Under the pieces are notes generated by a model that saw only the letters and a program-made list of their open reading frames with translations, ran no database searches and was not told the origin of the DNA. DNA of 64,000 bases, from assembly GCA_016784025.1 (NCBI GenBank), contig JADHVL010000017.1, positions 4,892 to 68,891 of the forward strand, written 5' to 3'. This document shows positions 55,340 through 64,000 of this stretch, piece after piece. Numbering within the stretch: the first letter of the stretch is position 1; each line of letters begins with the position of its first letter. Source of the DNA: Fidelibacterota bacterium (GTDB taxonomy: Bacteria; Fidelibacterota; UBA8477; JABMPR01). The translations under genes and the position numbers were made by a program.

Positions 55340-57046
55340 TTATTTAATAAGTGTCAATTTTTGAACAGCCATTTTATCACCGCTTATGATCCGTATGAGA
55401 TATACCCCAGAGCTGAAATCACTCATGTCCAACTGTAGAGTATATTTTCCGGCTGCAAACTGTCCTTCGCGAAGGACAGTCAACTCGGAACCTGTCACAG
55501 AATAAAGCGCGATCTTCGTATTCATCTGCTCAGGTATTTCATACTGAATGTTCGTAATTGGATTGAATGGGTTTGGGTATGCGCCTACAATTTTGAATTC
55601 AGTTGGGAGTCCTGAAGCAATGCGGTCAGTACTTGAAGCCGTCATGATCTCTACCCAGGCTGATTCTCCAACAGGGTTTTCAGCCCTGAGACGATATTCC
55701 CATTCCACCCCATTGGCGAAGTAAAGTTCAGTGTCTCTATAAGTATTCTCTGCTGAATCAGGATTGGCAATGGTAGCCCAATCACTGGTAGAGTCGGCGA
55801 TAATTACGCGTCGCTGCAAATTATATGAGAATTCATTATTCACTGGATCATCAGTCCATGTGAGATCAATCCAGGTTCCATCAGCATCGTTGTAAATTTC
55901 AGAGGAAAGATCTGTTGGAGCAGAAGGCGGGATGAACTCAAGTACAAACGGGGCCAATATCCCAGCTAATCCGATAGCACTCCCCACGATGACCCGTCCA
56001 TCTTCCGAGATGGAGTTGGCTTGAAGAAAAGCCCAGTCTTCAAATTGATCTTCCAGCCCCAGGTTTTCCAGGCTGTCTTTAAGGAAGATAATCCCACTTT
56101 CAGTGGTATAAATAATAGCGCTTCTTCCCCATTCATTAAAGATGGGTTGAGCAAAGCCTACGATGGTCGTATCCGAAGAGGCATCCATACCACTTGCACT
56201 CGCCCATGTTGGATCATGTCCTGGTGCGTGACCCAGATTGACCATACCTTCATCTTCTGTCCAGACGAACAACTCTGTATCACCTGATCTTCCGACAATA
56301 ATTTCTCCATTGTCACTGCAGCCATATGCCTCACCACCCATCCAGCCCTCATCAGCGCCAAGTGCGCCGAGAAACACTAGCTCATAATCGCCAGTGATTT
56401 CATCCAAAATCCAGGCATGGGCAGCTCTGCTGACGTAATCAACACCAGCAGTTCCCATGGAAGCGAAACCCACGATCAATTCACCATTGGCACTTATGTC
56501 ATTGGGTCGACTACTATGCTCAAGACCATGGTCGGGCAGGAGCTCACCATCTGGATCTTCTGGCGTCCACACAAATGCGGTGGTCCTTGAGTTTTCATGC
56601 CAGTACATACCAGCAACGATAAAGGTATCTGCTGCAATAGCCCAGGCGCTTTGATAAAAATTTGGATCGTTAGGCAAAGTACCAGCGATGGGTCCTATCA
56701 TGACCCATTCCTCACCATCGAAATATGAGGCGGCGCTGACCTCTGTCAGGGTATCACCCATAATCATTGGGAAGTAGTTATTCCCGATAAAGGTACCTTG
56801 ATTGTCCATTCCTCGGACATTCGTCCCACCGACATCTTGGATGCCATTTTCTTGACTCCAGAGGAATCCTCCTCCCCAATAGTAGGATCCTCCCAAGAGA
56901 TTGCCATTACTATTGGTCCAGTTCATTTGCCCTCCCGCAGGATCTGCAAGGCCTGCGGCAATAGTAAATTTAACAATTTCTGGATCTTCTGCGAAAAGAG
57001 TTGTGCTAAGGAGGGCTAGAGCTGGTATGAGCTTTCTAAATATCAT
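55340..57046 (-). CDS. Secreted repeat protein (HAF-like repeats + Fn3 + T9SS sorting domain), paralog B
   Basis: 568 aa, collinear with paralogs A and C. 15 nt from paralog A. Confidence 0.8.
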   Translation of the reverse strand: MIFRKLIPALALLSTTLFAEDPEIVKFTIAAGLADPAGGQMNWTNSNGNLLGGSYYWGGGFLWSQENGIQDVGGTNVRGMDNQGTFIGNNYFPMIMGDTLTEVSAASYFDGEEWVMIGPIAGTLPNDPNFYQSAWAIAADTFIVAGMYWHENSRTTAFVWTPEDPDGELLPDHGLEHSSRPNDISANGELIVGFASMGTAGVDYVSRAAHAWILDEITGDYELVFLGALGADEGWMGGEAYGCSDNGEIIVGRSGDTELFVWTEDEGMVNLGHAPGHDPTWASASGMDASSDTTIVGFAQPIFNEWGRSAIIYTTESGIIFLKDSLENLGLEDQFEDWAFLQANSISEDGRVIVGSAIGLAGILAPFVLEFIPPSAPTDLSSEIYNDADGTWIDLTWTDDPVNNEFSYNLQRRVIIADSTSDWATIANPDSAENTYRDTELYFANGVEWEYRLRAENPVGESAWVEIMTASSTDRIASGLPTEFKIVGAYPNPFNPITNIQYEIPEQMNTKIALYSVTGSELTVLREGQFAAGKYTLQLDMSDFSSGVYLIRIISGDKMAVQKLTLIK

Positions 57047-57068
57047 TTTGAGAGTCTTTTGTTTATGT

Positions 57069-58778
57069 CTATTTGATCAGAGTAAGTTTTTGAACATCCA
57101 TTTTATCCCCACTGATGATACGAACGAGATAAACACCAGAACTGTACCCGCTCATGTCCACTTGGAGACTATGATTGCCGGCTTCTGCCATGCCATCACT
57201 AAGAACCGCCAACTCGGTACCTGTCACAGAATAGAGTACAATTTTCGTATTCATCTGCTCAGGTGTTTCATACTGAACGTTTGTAATTGGGTTGAAGGGG
57301 TTTGGGTATGCGCCTACAATTTTGAACTCAGTTGGGAGTCCTGAAGCAATGCGGTCCGTACTTGAAGCTGTCATGATCTCCACCCAGTCAGATTCACCCA
57401 CTGGGTTTTCAGCACGAAGACGATATTCCCACTCCACACCATTTGCAAAGTAGAGTTCACTATCTCTATAGGTATTGTCGGCTGAATCAGGATTGGCGAT
57501 AGTTGTCCACTCACTGGTAGAGTCAGCAATGGTCACGCGACGTTGTAGATTATAGGAAAATTCATTATTGGTGGGATCATCAGTCCAGCTAAGATCAATC
57601 CAGGTCCCCAAGGGGTCGTTATATAGCTCAGAAGCCAGGTCTGAAGGTGCTGAGGGGGGGATAAATTCCAGGATGAAAGGAGCCATGATTCCATCAATAC
57701 CAGCACAGCTACCCACGATGAAACGGCCATCATCTGATATATCATTAGCCTGGAAAAAGCCCCAATCTTCTAAAAAGTCATCATCATCTACCAGAATTTG
57801 TAAACTATCTTTTAGAAATTTAATGCCACTTTCGGGAGTGTATATAATTGCTTCACGAGTCCATACCCAGGTTTGATTCTGGGCAAAACCCACAGCTGTC
57901 CCATTATCAATAATATCCATGGGTATAACACCAGCTGACTCTGGATTATGACCAGGGGCATATCCCATATCCTGAATCCCTGTTGCTTCAGACCAAATGA
58001 ACATAGCTGAGGGTGACCAGCCACAAATCAACTCCCCATTGGGACTCACACCATACGCTTCGCCTCCAACCCAGGGTTCATGACCACCCAATGAGCCAAG
58101 AAAAACCAGGTCATATTCTCCAGTAGTTTCATTCAAAAACCAGGCATAGGCAGCTCTATCTGTATATTGACCATCAGTGTCAACGCCTGCCCACCCAACA
58201 ATAACACTGCCATCAGCATTCATATCATTGGGTCTGCTGCTTAGCAAGAGGCCATTATCTGGGAGCAATTCACCATCTGGATCTTCAGGTGTCCAGATAA
58301 AAGCTGTTGTTCGGTAATTATCATGCCAGTACATACCGGCTATGATCATGGTATCAGCCGCAATGGACCAGGCACCTTGATACATATTGGGATCAAAAGG
58401 TAGCGTCCCGGCTATGGGGCCGATCATGACCCATTCTTCACCATCATAATAGCTGGCAGCTTCGACATCAGTCAGGGTATCACCCATGAGCATGGGAAAA
58501 ATAGTCTCACCAACCATAATACCATTATTATCCATTCCACGGATGTAATAACCACCTATGTTATCAATACCATCTTCTTCGGTCCAGGTAAAACCACCAC
58601 CAAAATAGTTGGCACCACCGAATATGGAGCCGTCACTATTTGAGTAGTACAGGCCGCCACCCCATTGATCTAAGAGGCCATCCACCACCGTAAATTTTAC
58701 TATTTCTGGATCAGCAAAGCCTAAAGAAACGAGCAGGAGTAGACTAATAGTAATAAGCTTAATAAGATTTGATTTCAT
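57069..58778 (-). CDS. Secreted repeat protein (HAF-like repeats + Fn3 + T9SS sorting domain), paralog C
   Basis: 569 aa, collinear with paralogs A and B. 22 nt from paralog B. Confidence 0.8.
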   Translation of the reverse strand: MKSNLIKLITISLLLLVSLGFADPEIVKFTVVDGLLDQWGGGLYYSNSDGSIFGGANYFGGGFTWTEEDGIDNIGGYYIRGMDNNGIMVGETIFPMLMGDTLTDVEAASYYDGEEWVMIGPIAGTLPFDPNMYQGAWSIAADTMIIAGMYWHDNYRTTAFIWTPEDPDGELLPDNGLLLSSRPNDMNADGSVIVGWAGVDTDGQYTDRAAYAWFLNETTGEYDLVFLGSLGGHEPWVGGEAYGVSPNGELICGWSPSAMFIWSEATGIQDMGYAPGHNPESAGVIPMDIIDNGTAVGFAQNQTWVWTREAIIYTPESGIKFLKDSLQILVDDDDFLEDWGFFQANDISDDGRFIVGSCAGIDGIMAPFILEFIPPSAPSDLASELYNDPLGTWIDLSWTDDPTNNEFSYNLQRRVTIADSTSEWTTIANPDSADNTYRDSELYFANGVEWEYRLRAENPVGESDWVEIMTASSTDRIASGLPTEFKIVGAYPNPFNPITNVQYETPEQMNTKIVLYSVTGTELAVLSDGMAEAGNHSLQVDMSGYSSGVYLVRIISGDKMDVQKLTLIK

Positions 58779-59104
58779 GATCGACCTCTTTAATAGTATT
58801 CATACAAAAGTTCTTATAGCGTCAAAGTAAATACCTGAAATCTCGCTTTGCAAGTAATAGTTCCCCCAAGGGGGACACATCATGTTACAAAAGAATAAAA
58901 ATATTAGGATAGGGCCTTTGCAGAAATGATGAATTCAATTCTGGTGAAGGCAAAAAATGAAAATGATTCAACCTATAAATACATATATATTAATACTATA
59001 GATGGAATATTATGTGAAGAAAATGATGTTGGCTTAATTAAATATTGGCCAAAACGCAAAGTGAGCTGAACTGTAGATTTTTTTAAAAATGAACAAAATA
59101 ATAG

Positions 59105-59133
59105 TTGTTACCCCCTTGGTGGGGACATATAAT
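59105..59133 (+). promoter_or_regulatory. Sigma70-like promoter TTGTTA-N17-TATAAT with a C5/G4 palindrome in the spacer
   Basis: TTGTTA at 59105..59110, a 17-nt spacer CCCCCTTGGTGGGGACA, and TATAAT at 59128..59133. Lies about 65 nt upstream of the ATG at 59199. Confidence 0.5.
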
Positions 59134-59198
59134 GTCATCATGTAATAAATCATTTTTGGTTTGATTAAGAAAGAACAGTAACAAAGAGGAGTTTACGC

Positions 59199-61655
59199 AT
59201 GAAAAGAACGCAACCATGGTTGGTAATCGTATTTTTATTGATTGCCTCCGTGAGCCTTCAGGCTCAACTGGTGGAAGCAATTGATATTACAAACATGATC
59301 TACGTTCCAGATGATGGACAATATGGTCCCTGGAAAATGGATGCGGGTGGGAAATACATCCTTGGTAATAAAATGCCGGGAGAATGGGATCTGCATCGAG
59401 TTGTCCGACACGAGACTGCAAACTTTGTGAATGGGGATAATTACTGGCCAGGATCATACGGAAGTATAAATTGGCAGGGCAGCGGTGGCCAAATAAGCCA
59501 GGCAAATGCCATAGCCAGCAACGGAGCTGTCGTCGGTAGTTTTACCTGGGATTATTTTGAATATGATGCTGACGGTGACACACTCCCAGATACACTATTT
59601 AACGCAACAATTGCTTCTATTGCAGACCCTGCTCTGTGGGGTGAATGGAAAACTCTGGGTGGAATCCTCGATGATTCCCTGGCTTATGGTAGCACTAGTT
59701 TTAGTAAAGCTTCACTTATCAGTGATGATGGCAACGTTATCTTCGGTACGATGGCTTACGCCGATACCAATGAGTGGGGTGGTGATCAAAATTTTGATGT
59801 TCCCTTTATATATCATCTCGACAGTATGCATCTTGACATGGATTTGCCAGGACGAAGTGGCGGATCCATAATTAGCACTATGAGTGGTGATGGTTCAATA
59901 CTTATAGGTTCAAGCAAGGTGGGCTGGACAAGCTATCCCTTTATCTGGAGACAGAATGCTGAGGGTGGTTATGATTCAACAGCTGTCGATTCTCCTATTG
60001 TAGATATGGGACAGGCTCGTATCAGTGTTAATGGAAAACACATAACCGGTAATGGTCCTTTCAATTTCAATGGTCAGGCTGCCTATATGATGACTGAGAT
60101 CGATGGCGTGGACACACTCATGCAAATGGCTGGTCTTCCTGGAATGCTTGGTGGTCCTGGTGCAAAATCCGTATCAAATGATGGTACTGCTTTTGGTTTA
60201 TTCCAAGAAGTTGGCGGTCCCTGGGGCGGTCCCATGCATCCATGGATGTGGCACGCAGAAGGTGGCGCTAAAGATGTTGCTTATGCTCTTGAATCTCTGG
60301 GTATGGAAATACCAACTGGAGAACAGGCACCTTTTGATCAGGGTCAGATTATCTCAGCAGATTCAACTGGTAAAAAACTTTTCGTCAACTGGACAAATGC
60401 TAACTGGGAAGCTGCCTATTCATGGGTAATCCTTCCTGATGTCGCTCCTCCAACTCATCTTGAGATAGCCTATGATAACGACAATCATGTCGTTCCTGCT
60501 ACACTGGAACTTGAGTGGGAAAACGTACTTCCATATGCCTACACCTATCGCTTAGAGGTCAGCTATATGCCTTATGGCGGTACTTGGGGTACCTGGACAG
60601 AGTTGGCTAATAACTATGATGATGATGACTTTGATCACGCCATCACAGAAGGTGGATACTATAAATATCAGATCGTTTCACTCTATGGTGCTGATGAATC
60701 CATGGCAACAGAATCCATGCCTTATGAAGTCCGTCGTCTTATGGACGAACCAGCCATCATTGCCGTGACGGATGTTCCTGAAGATCAGGGTGGTAAAGTG
60801 GTTGTAAGCTTTGCAGCCAGTGGCTTTGATATTCTTGGTGACATGACCAATGAGCTCTACACTGTTGAATCTTATATCGCTGATCAGTGGGTAGCAGTTG
60901 GAAACACAGCAGCCTACGGATCAAACGAATATTCAGTTCTGGTAAACACAATTCATGATTCCATGGATGAAGGTGTAACCAATGCACAGGATTATCGTAT
61001 TGTGGCTGCACTGGGTGAAGATGCCTTTATCAGTGCCACCGCATCAGGTTATTCAACTGACGATATTGCGCCGCCCGTCCCAACTGGTCTGGCAGGCGAG
61101 ATTCTTGACGGGACTGGAATTGCTCTCTCCTGGGATCCAGTGAACATCAATGATCTTGGTCTGTATGAAGTGTATCGTGGCAGCAATCCTGAAATGACTG
61201 ATGGCGTTGTTATCGGTCAGACCGCATCAACTGATTATACCGATTCTGATGTGGATTTCGTGAATGGAGCTACTTACTACTATGCAGTAGCAGGTCTGGA
61301 TATTCATGAGAATCTTGGAGAGGCTACCAGTAGTTTTGTAATGACAGTCGTGAATATTGATCTTCAGGGTTTGCCAGAAGAATTCGCACTGAATCAGAAC
61401 TATCCCAATCCTTTCAACCCAAGCACCTCCATCAACTTCAGTCTTCCTGAGGCCTCAGAGATGACCCTCACAGTCTACGACTTGAGTGGACGTGAAGTTG
61501 CTCGTCTGGTTGATGCTTCCATGAATGCCGGATTTCATCAGGTGATCTGGAATGGGTTGACTGCTCAGGGAGAGACCCTTTCCACAGGTATGTATATCTA
61601 CCGCATGCAGGCAGGTACTTATACTGAAACTAGAAAGATGACCTACCTCAGGTAG
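59199..61655 (+). CDS. Large secreted repeat protein (HAF-like repeats, Fn3-like domains, T9SS sorting domain)
   Basis: 818 aa with a signal peptide and an AGGAG RBS. Repeats IASNGAVVGSF, ISDDGNVIFGTM, MSGDGSILIGSS and VSNDGTAFGLF; Fn3-like IAPPVPTGL...YEVYRG...YYYAVAGLD; C-terminal YPNPFNPSTSINF...MYIYRMQAG...MTYLR. Confidence 0.8.
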   Translation: MKRTQPWLVIVFLLIASVSLQAQLVEAIDITNMIYVPDDGQYGPWKMDAGGKYILGNKMPGEWDLHRVVRHETANFVNGDNYWPGSYGSINWQGSGGQISQANAIASNGAVVGSFTWDYFEYDADGDTLPDTLFNATIASIADPALWGEWKTLGGILDDSLAYGSTSFSKASLISDDGNVIFGTMAYADTNEWGGDQNFDVPFIYHLDSMHLDMDLPGRSGGSIISTMSGDGSILIGSSKVGWTSYPFIWRQNAEGGYDSTAVDSPIVDMGQARISVNGKHITGNGPFNFNGQAAYMMTEIDGVDTLMQMAGLPGMLGGPGAKSVSNDGTAFGLFQEVGGPWGGPMHPWMWHAEGGAKDVAYALESLGMEIPTGEQAPFDQGQIISADSTGKKLFVNWTNANWEAAYSWVILPDVAPPTHLEIAYDNDNHVVPATLELEWENVLPYAYTYRLEVSYMPYGGTWGTWTELANNYDDDDFDHAITEGGYYKYQIVSLYGADESMATESMPYEVRRLMDEPAIIAVTDVPEDQGGKVVVSFAASGFDILGDMTNELYTVESYIADQWVAVGNTAAYGSNEYSVLVNTIHDSMDEGVTNAQDYRIVAALGEDAFISATASGYSTDDIAPPVPTGLAGEILDGTGIALSWDPVNINDLGLYEVYRGSNPEMTDGVVIGQTASTDYTDSDVDFVNGATYYYAVAGLDIHENLGEATSSFVMTVVNIDLQGLPEEFALNQNYPNPFNPSTSINFSLPEASEMTLTVYDLSGREVARLVDASMNAGFHQVIWNGLTAQGETLSTGMYIYRMQAGTYTETRKMTYLR

Positions 61656-61730
61656 CAATCAAATAATGAAGGTCCTCACCTGGAATTAGCAAGACGCCAC
61701 ATCTTCCTCCTGGGTTGAGAGAGACCGTTC

Positions 61731-61754
61731 GAGGGGGGCTTTATTGCCCCCCTC
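61731..61754 (+). terminator. GC-rich hairpin after the 818-aa gene (terminator-like, no T-run)
   Basis: GAGGGGGGC-tttatt-GCCCCCCTC: perfect 9-bp stem. Lies 76 nt after the stop and 22 nt before the next ATG. Confidence 0.45.
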
Positions 61755-61775
61755 ATCATAACATCGGAAATCAGC

Positions 61776-62633
61776 ATGACTCAAGTAGATATACGGGACA
61801 TAGTAGAGCTAGGGATCTCAGAACGAGAAGCAAAGCTTTATGTTGTCATGCTTGAATATGATGAAGTAAACGCACATGATTTGCACCGACTAACAGGTGT
61901 TCAGCGCTCCAAAATGTACTCGATCCTGAGTCGCATGGTGGTACACGGTTTATGTACTGAGCGGATAGAGGGGCGAAATCGTTTTTTTACGGCGCTTAGT
62001 CCAAAAACTGTGAAAGAAACACTGGTTAGAGAGTGGGATGCAATTCACTCCAATAAGATTGAAAAAGCGGATCTCTTGTTTGAAAAACTTTCTGCAAGGT
62101 TCAATTCGACTACTTCAGCTCCCTCCCTGAACTCCGTGGAACTCATCCGAAATGCAGCCAATATTCATAACCGCTACCTCCAATTGGTTAATGAGAGTAC
62201 AACTGAAATATTAGGTTATATGCGTCCACCCATTGCAGCCACTACAAAACGTTCCCATGACCTTCAGATGAAAGCCCAGATAGAGGCACTTTCACGAGGG
62301 GTTGTTCAACGCGGCATATTTAGCTTGAAACATTTATCAGGATTAAGCCATGTGTGGAAAACCCTGGGTGAAAATGATCAAATGAGGGTCGTAGAGAGTC
62401 TGCCAGTTAAGATGTTTCTTTTCGACAGACGTATTGCCTATATCGGGATGCCCACGTCAGCAGAGAATGCCAACTCCACTTTTTTTATGATGTACATCGA
62501 GGATCCAGGCTTTTGTCAGATCCTGGTGGAAAGCTTTGAGGAAGTATGGCAGAGAGCAATTCCTGTGGAAAATTTCCGGGGCACTGAGATCAATTCAGAA
62601 ACCCCACAGTATCAATCCAACACGACTTCTTAA
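61776..62633 (+). CDS. TrmB-like winged-helix transcriptional regulator, copy 1
   Basis: 285 aa with an N-terminal TrmB-type HTH: LGISEREAKLYVVMLEYDEVNAHDLHRLTGVQRSKMYSILSRMVVHGL. Confidence 0.7.
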   Translation: MTQVDIRDIVELGISEREAKLYVVMLEYDEVNAHDLHRLTGVQRSKMYSILSRMVVHGLCTERIEGRNRFFTALSPKTVKETLVREWDAIHSNKIEKADLLFEKLSARFNSTTSAPSLNSVELIRNAANIHNRYLQLVNESTTEILGYMRPPIAATTKRSHDLQMKAQIEALSRGVVQRGIFSLKHLSGLSHVWKTLGENDQMRVVESLPVKMFLFDRRIAYIGMPTSAENANSTFFMMYIEDPGFCQILVESFEEVWQRAIPVENFRGTEINSETPQYQSNTTS

Positions 62634-62761
62634 TAATCTTAATACAATTGGGTAGGCTACGCTTGCTGGTTTGGTGAGGAAGAGTCATCCTTGTTGAATA
62701 TTGAGAATTTTTACTTATTCTATGGCGCAAAATAACTACAGTACTGTTAAAGGACCCTGGT

Positions 62762-63607
62762 GTGACTGATATTGATAATAATTTAAGAGAATTGACCGAC
62801 CTGGGTATCTCAGAGCGAGAAGCAAAACTTTATCTGGTTATGCTTGAATATGGTGAGGTCACTGCTAATCAAATGCATCGCCTTACTGGGGTACAGAGAT
62901 CAAAAATATATTCAATTTTAAGTCGCATGGTCGTCCATGGATTATGTAACGAACGCATCGAGGGTCGTAATCGCTTTTTTACAGCATTAAACCCAAAGAA
63001 TGTTAAGGCCACCTTGCAACGTGAGTGGGATTCAGAGCATTTGAATCGGGTTGAAAAAGCAAATGGTATATTTGACACTCTGGAAGATAAATATATCGCC
63101 GGCAAAGCTGGACCTGCTCTAAACTCCGTAGAAATTATTCGGAATGCGGCCAATATTCATAACCGCTACCTTCAATTGATGAACGAGGTTCAGAAGGAAG
63201 TTCTCGCTTTTGTGAGACCACCTATCGCCGCGACCACAAAGAAGACCCGGGAAGTACAGTTTGAGGCACAACAGAATGCTCTGGATCGCGGGGTTACCTT
63301 ACGGTCAATATTTAGCTTAAAACATCTTGGTGGAGTCAACCAACAATGGGATAAGCTTAGTGAAAACGATCTCATGCGGGTGACAGATAGTCTCCCCATG
63401 AAGATGTTTATCTTTGATGGATATAAAGTGTTGGCAGGCTTGCCGACAAACTCAGAAAACAACAACAATTTCTTTATGCTCTATGTGGAGGACCAGGGGT
63501 TTTGTGAAGTATTAGCCAACTCCTTTGAAGAAACCTGGAAAAAAGCTATACGGGTCGAGGCCTTAAAGGGAAATTCTATAGAGTGGGATTCAAATCAATC
63601 TAATTAA
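62762..63607 (+). CDS. TrmB-like winged-helix transcriptional regulator, copy 2 (tandem paralog)
   Basis: 281 aa, GTG start, collinear with copy 1 throughout (LGISEREAKLYLVMLEYGEVTANQMHRLTGVQRSKIYSILSRMVVHGL...). Confidence 0.7.
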   Translation: MTDIDNNLRELTDLGISEREAKLYLVMLEYGEVTANQMHRLTGVQRSKIYSILSRMVVHGLCNERIEGRNRFFTALNPKNVKATLQREWDSEHLNRVEKANGIFDTLEDKYIAGKAGPALNSVEIIRNAANIHNRYLQLMNEVQKEVLAFVRPPIAATTKKTREVQFEAQQNALDRGVTLRSIFSLKHLGGVNQQWDKLSENDLMRVTDSLPMKMFIFDGYKVLAGLPTNSENNNNFFMLYVEDQGFCEVLANSFEETWKKAIRVEALKGNSIEWDSNQSN

Positions 63608-63630
63608 TCACAAAGATTCATAAAAAAAAA

Positions 63631-63660
63631 GAGGGCTCCTTTTCGGGAGCCCTCTTTTTT
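63631..63660. terminator. Bidirectional rho-independent terminator
   Basis: A-run, then GAGGGCTCC-ttttcg-GGAGCCCTC, then TTTTTT. Lies 24 nt after the stop at 63607. Confidence 0.85.
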
Positions 63661-63889
63661 AGCGAAGGTTTCGGGCTCCATTCTATGGGCTGTGTTTAAA
63701 TAGGGAGGAGTTTAAATAGTTATTTTTCCAGTTACCCCGCCTTTTAAGGCAGGAATAAGCGATCAGAAAAAAAAGGGTTTTAACCCTAGTTTGGGCTGAA
63801 GCCCTGCTACTTTTCGATGGAAAAACCCTGGCCTAAAGGCCAGGGTAATTAAGCCACCAAATATTTAGTGTCCCTTTCTGAAGGTCATC

Positions 63890-64000
63890 TTATTTGAGCA
63901 GAAGCATCTTGATAGATTGGGTATGAACGCCAGCGTTGAGTTTGGCCATATAGACACCCGCTGAAACCAGTTGGCCATCATTATCTTTACCATCCCACAT
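63890..64000 (-). CDS. C-terminal fragment of a T9SS-sorted secreted protein (5' part outside window)
   Basis: The reverse strand reads (M)WDGKDNDGQLVSAGVYMAKLNAGVHTQSIKMLLLK-stop (TAA at 63890..63892), a classic T9SS C-terminal sorting domain ending. Too short for the ORF track. Confidence 0.6.
   Translation of the reverse strand: MWDGKDNDGQLVSAGVYMAKLNAGVHTQSIKMLLLK

Larger units (their letters stand above)
53624..58778 (-). repeat. Tandem triplication of a ~1.7-kb surface-protein gene
   Basis: Three head-to-tail paralogs. Their nucleotide similarity is locally very high and switches partner along the gene (see findings). Confidence 0.85.

Noticed and set aside
1-64000. I looked for CRISPR arrays, tRNA/rRNA genes, transposases, integrases, toxin-antitoxin pairs and recognisable phage-defence genes.
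   Set aside because: None is visible. The intergenic spacers are short (420 nt or less) and contain only terminators, palindromes and short repeats. No ORF shows DDE, tyrosine/serine recombinase, Cas, restriction or abortive-infection motifs that I can recognise by eye.

Overview
This 64-kb segment comes from a Gram-negative bacterium. The many C-terminal T9SS sorting domains (YPNPFNP(S/I)T...), the TolC/RND efflux sets and HtpG point to an FCB-superphylum-like organism (inference). It is densely coding, with about 53 protein genes. I could recognise no rRNA, tRNA, CRISPR array, transposase, integrase or phage genes.

Main blocks in order:
- ArsR fragment + SRPBCC, htpG and a ZIP transporter.
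- A TetR-led SDR / NAD-binding / MBL operon.
- An Lgt-like / N-hydroxylase-like / PLP-enzyme operon.
- An ergothioneine operon (egtB ... egtD) that encloses a betaine-type ABC importer and two unknown genes.
- YceI and a PPC-domain lipoprotein.
- RND system 1 (adaptor + pump only).
- A GbsR-led cluster: fabG, a KAS III-like gene, a Na+/solute symporter, an acyl-CoA ligase, a lipoprotein, an outer-membrane protein and a hydrolase.
- A thioesterase and a MarR regulator.
- A co-directional string: archaeal-type gatE-gatD, two 2-hydroxyacyl-CoA-dehydratase-family subunits, their activase and a SHOCT protein.
- A 1240-aa membrane / spermidine-synthase-like / TPR fusion.
- A peroxiredoxin-like gene split in the ORF track by an in-frame TGA.
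- RND system 2 (TetR-TolC-adaptor-pump).
- A surface-protein island: a Gly/His-rich T9SS protein, three tandem mosaic paralogs, an 818-aa relative and two tandem TrmB-like regulators.

Most notable observations:
1. A probable selenocysteine codon sits at the W-C-P-x-C redox motif of the peroxiredoxin-like gene, followed by a SECIS-like hairpin.
2. GatDE, normally an archaeal signature, lies in a bacterial operon context next to radical dehydratase genes.
3. The egt biosynthetic operon carries an embedded EgtUV-like/OpuC-like transporter.
4. The KAS III-like protein appears to have lost the His and Asn of its catalytic triad.

All calls come from reading the translated ORFs and the DNA by eye; no database search was run.
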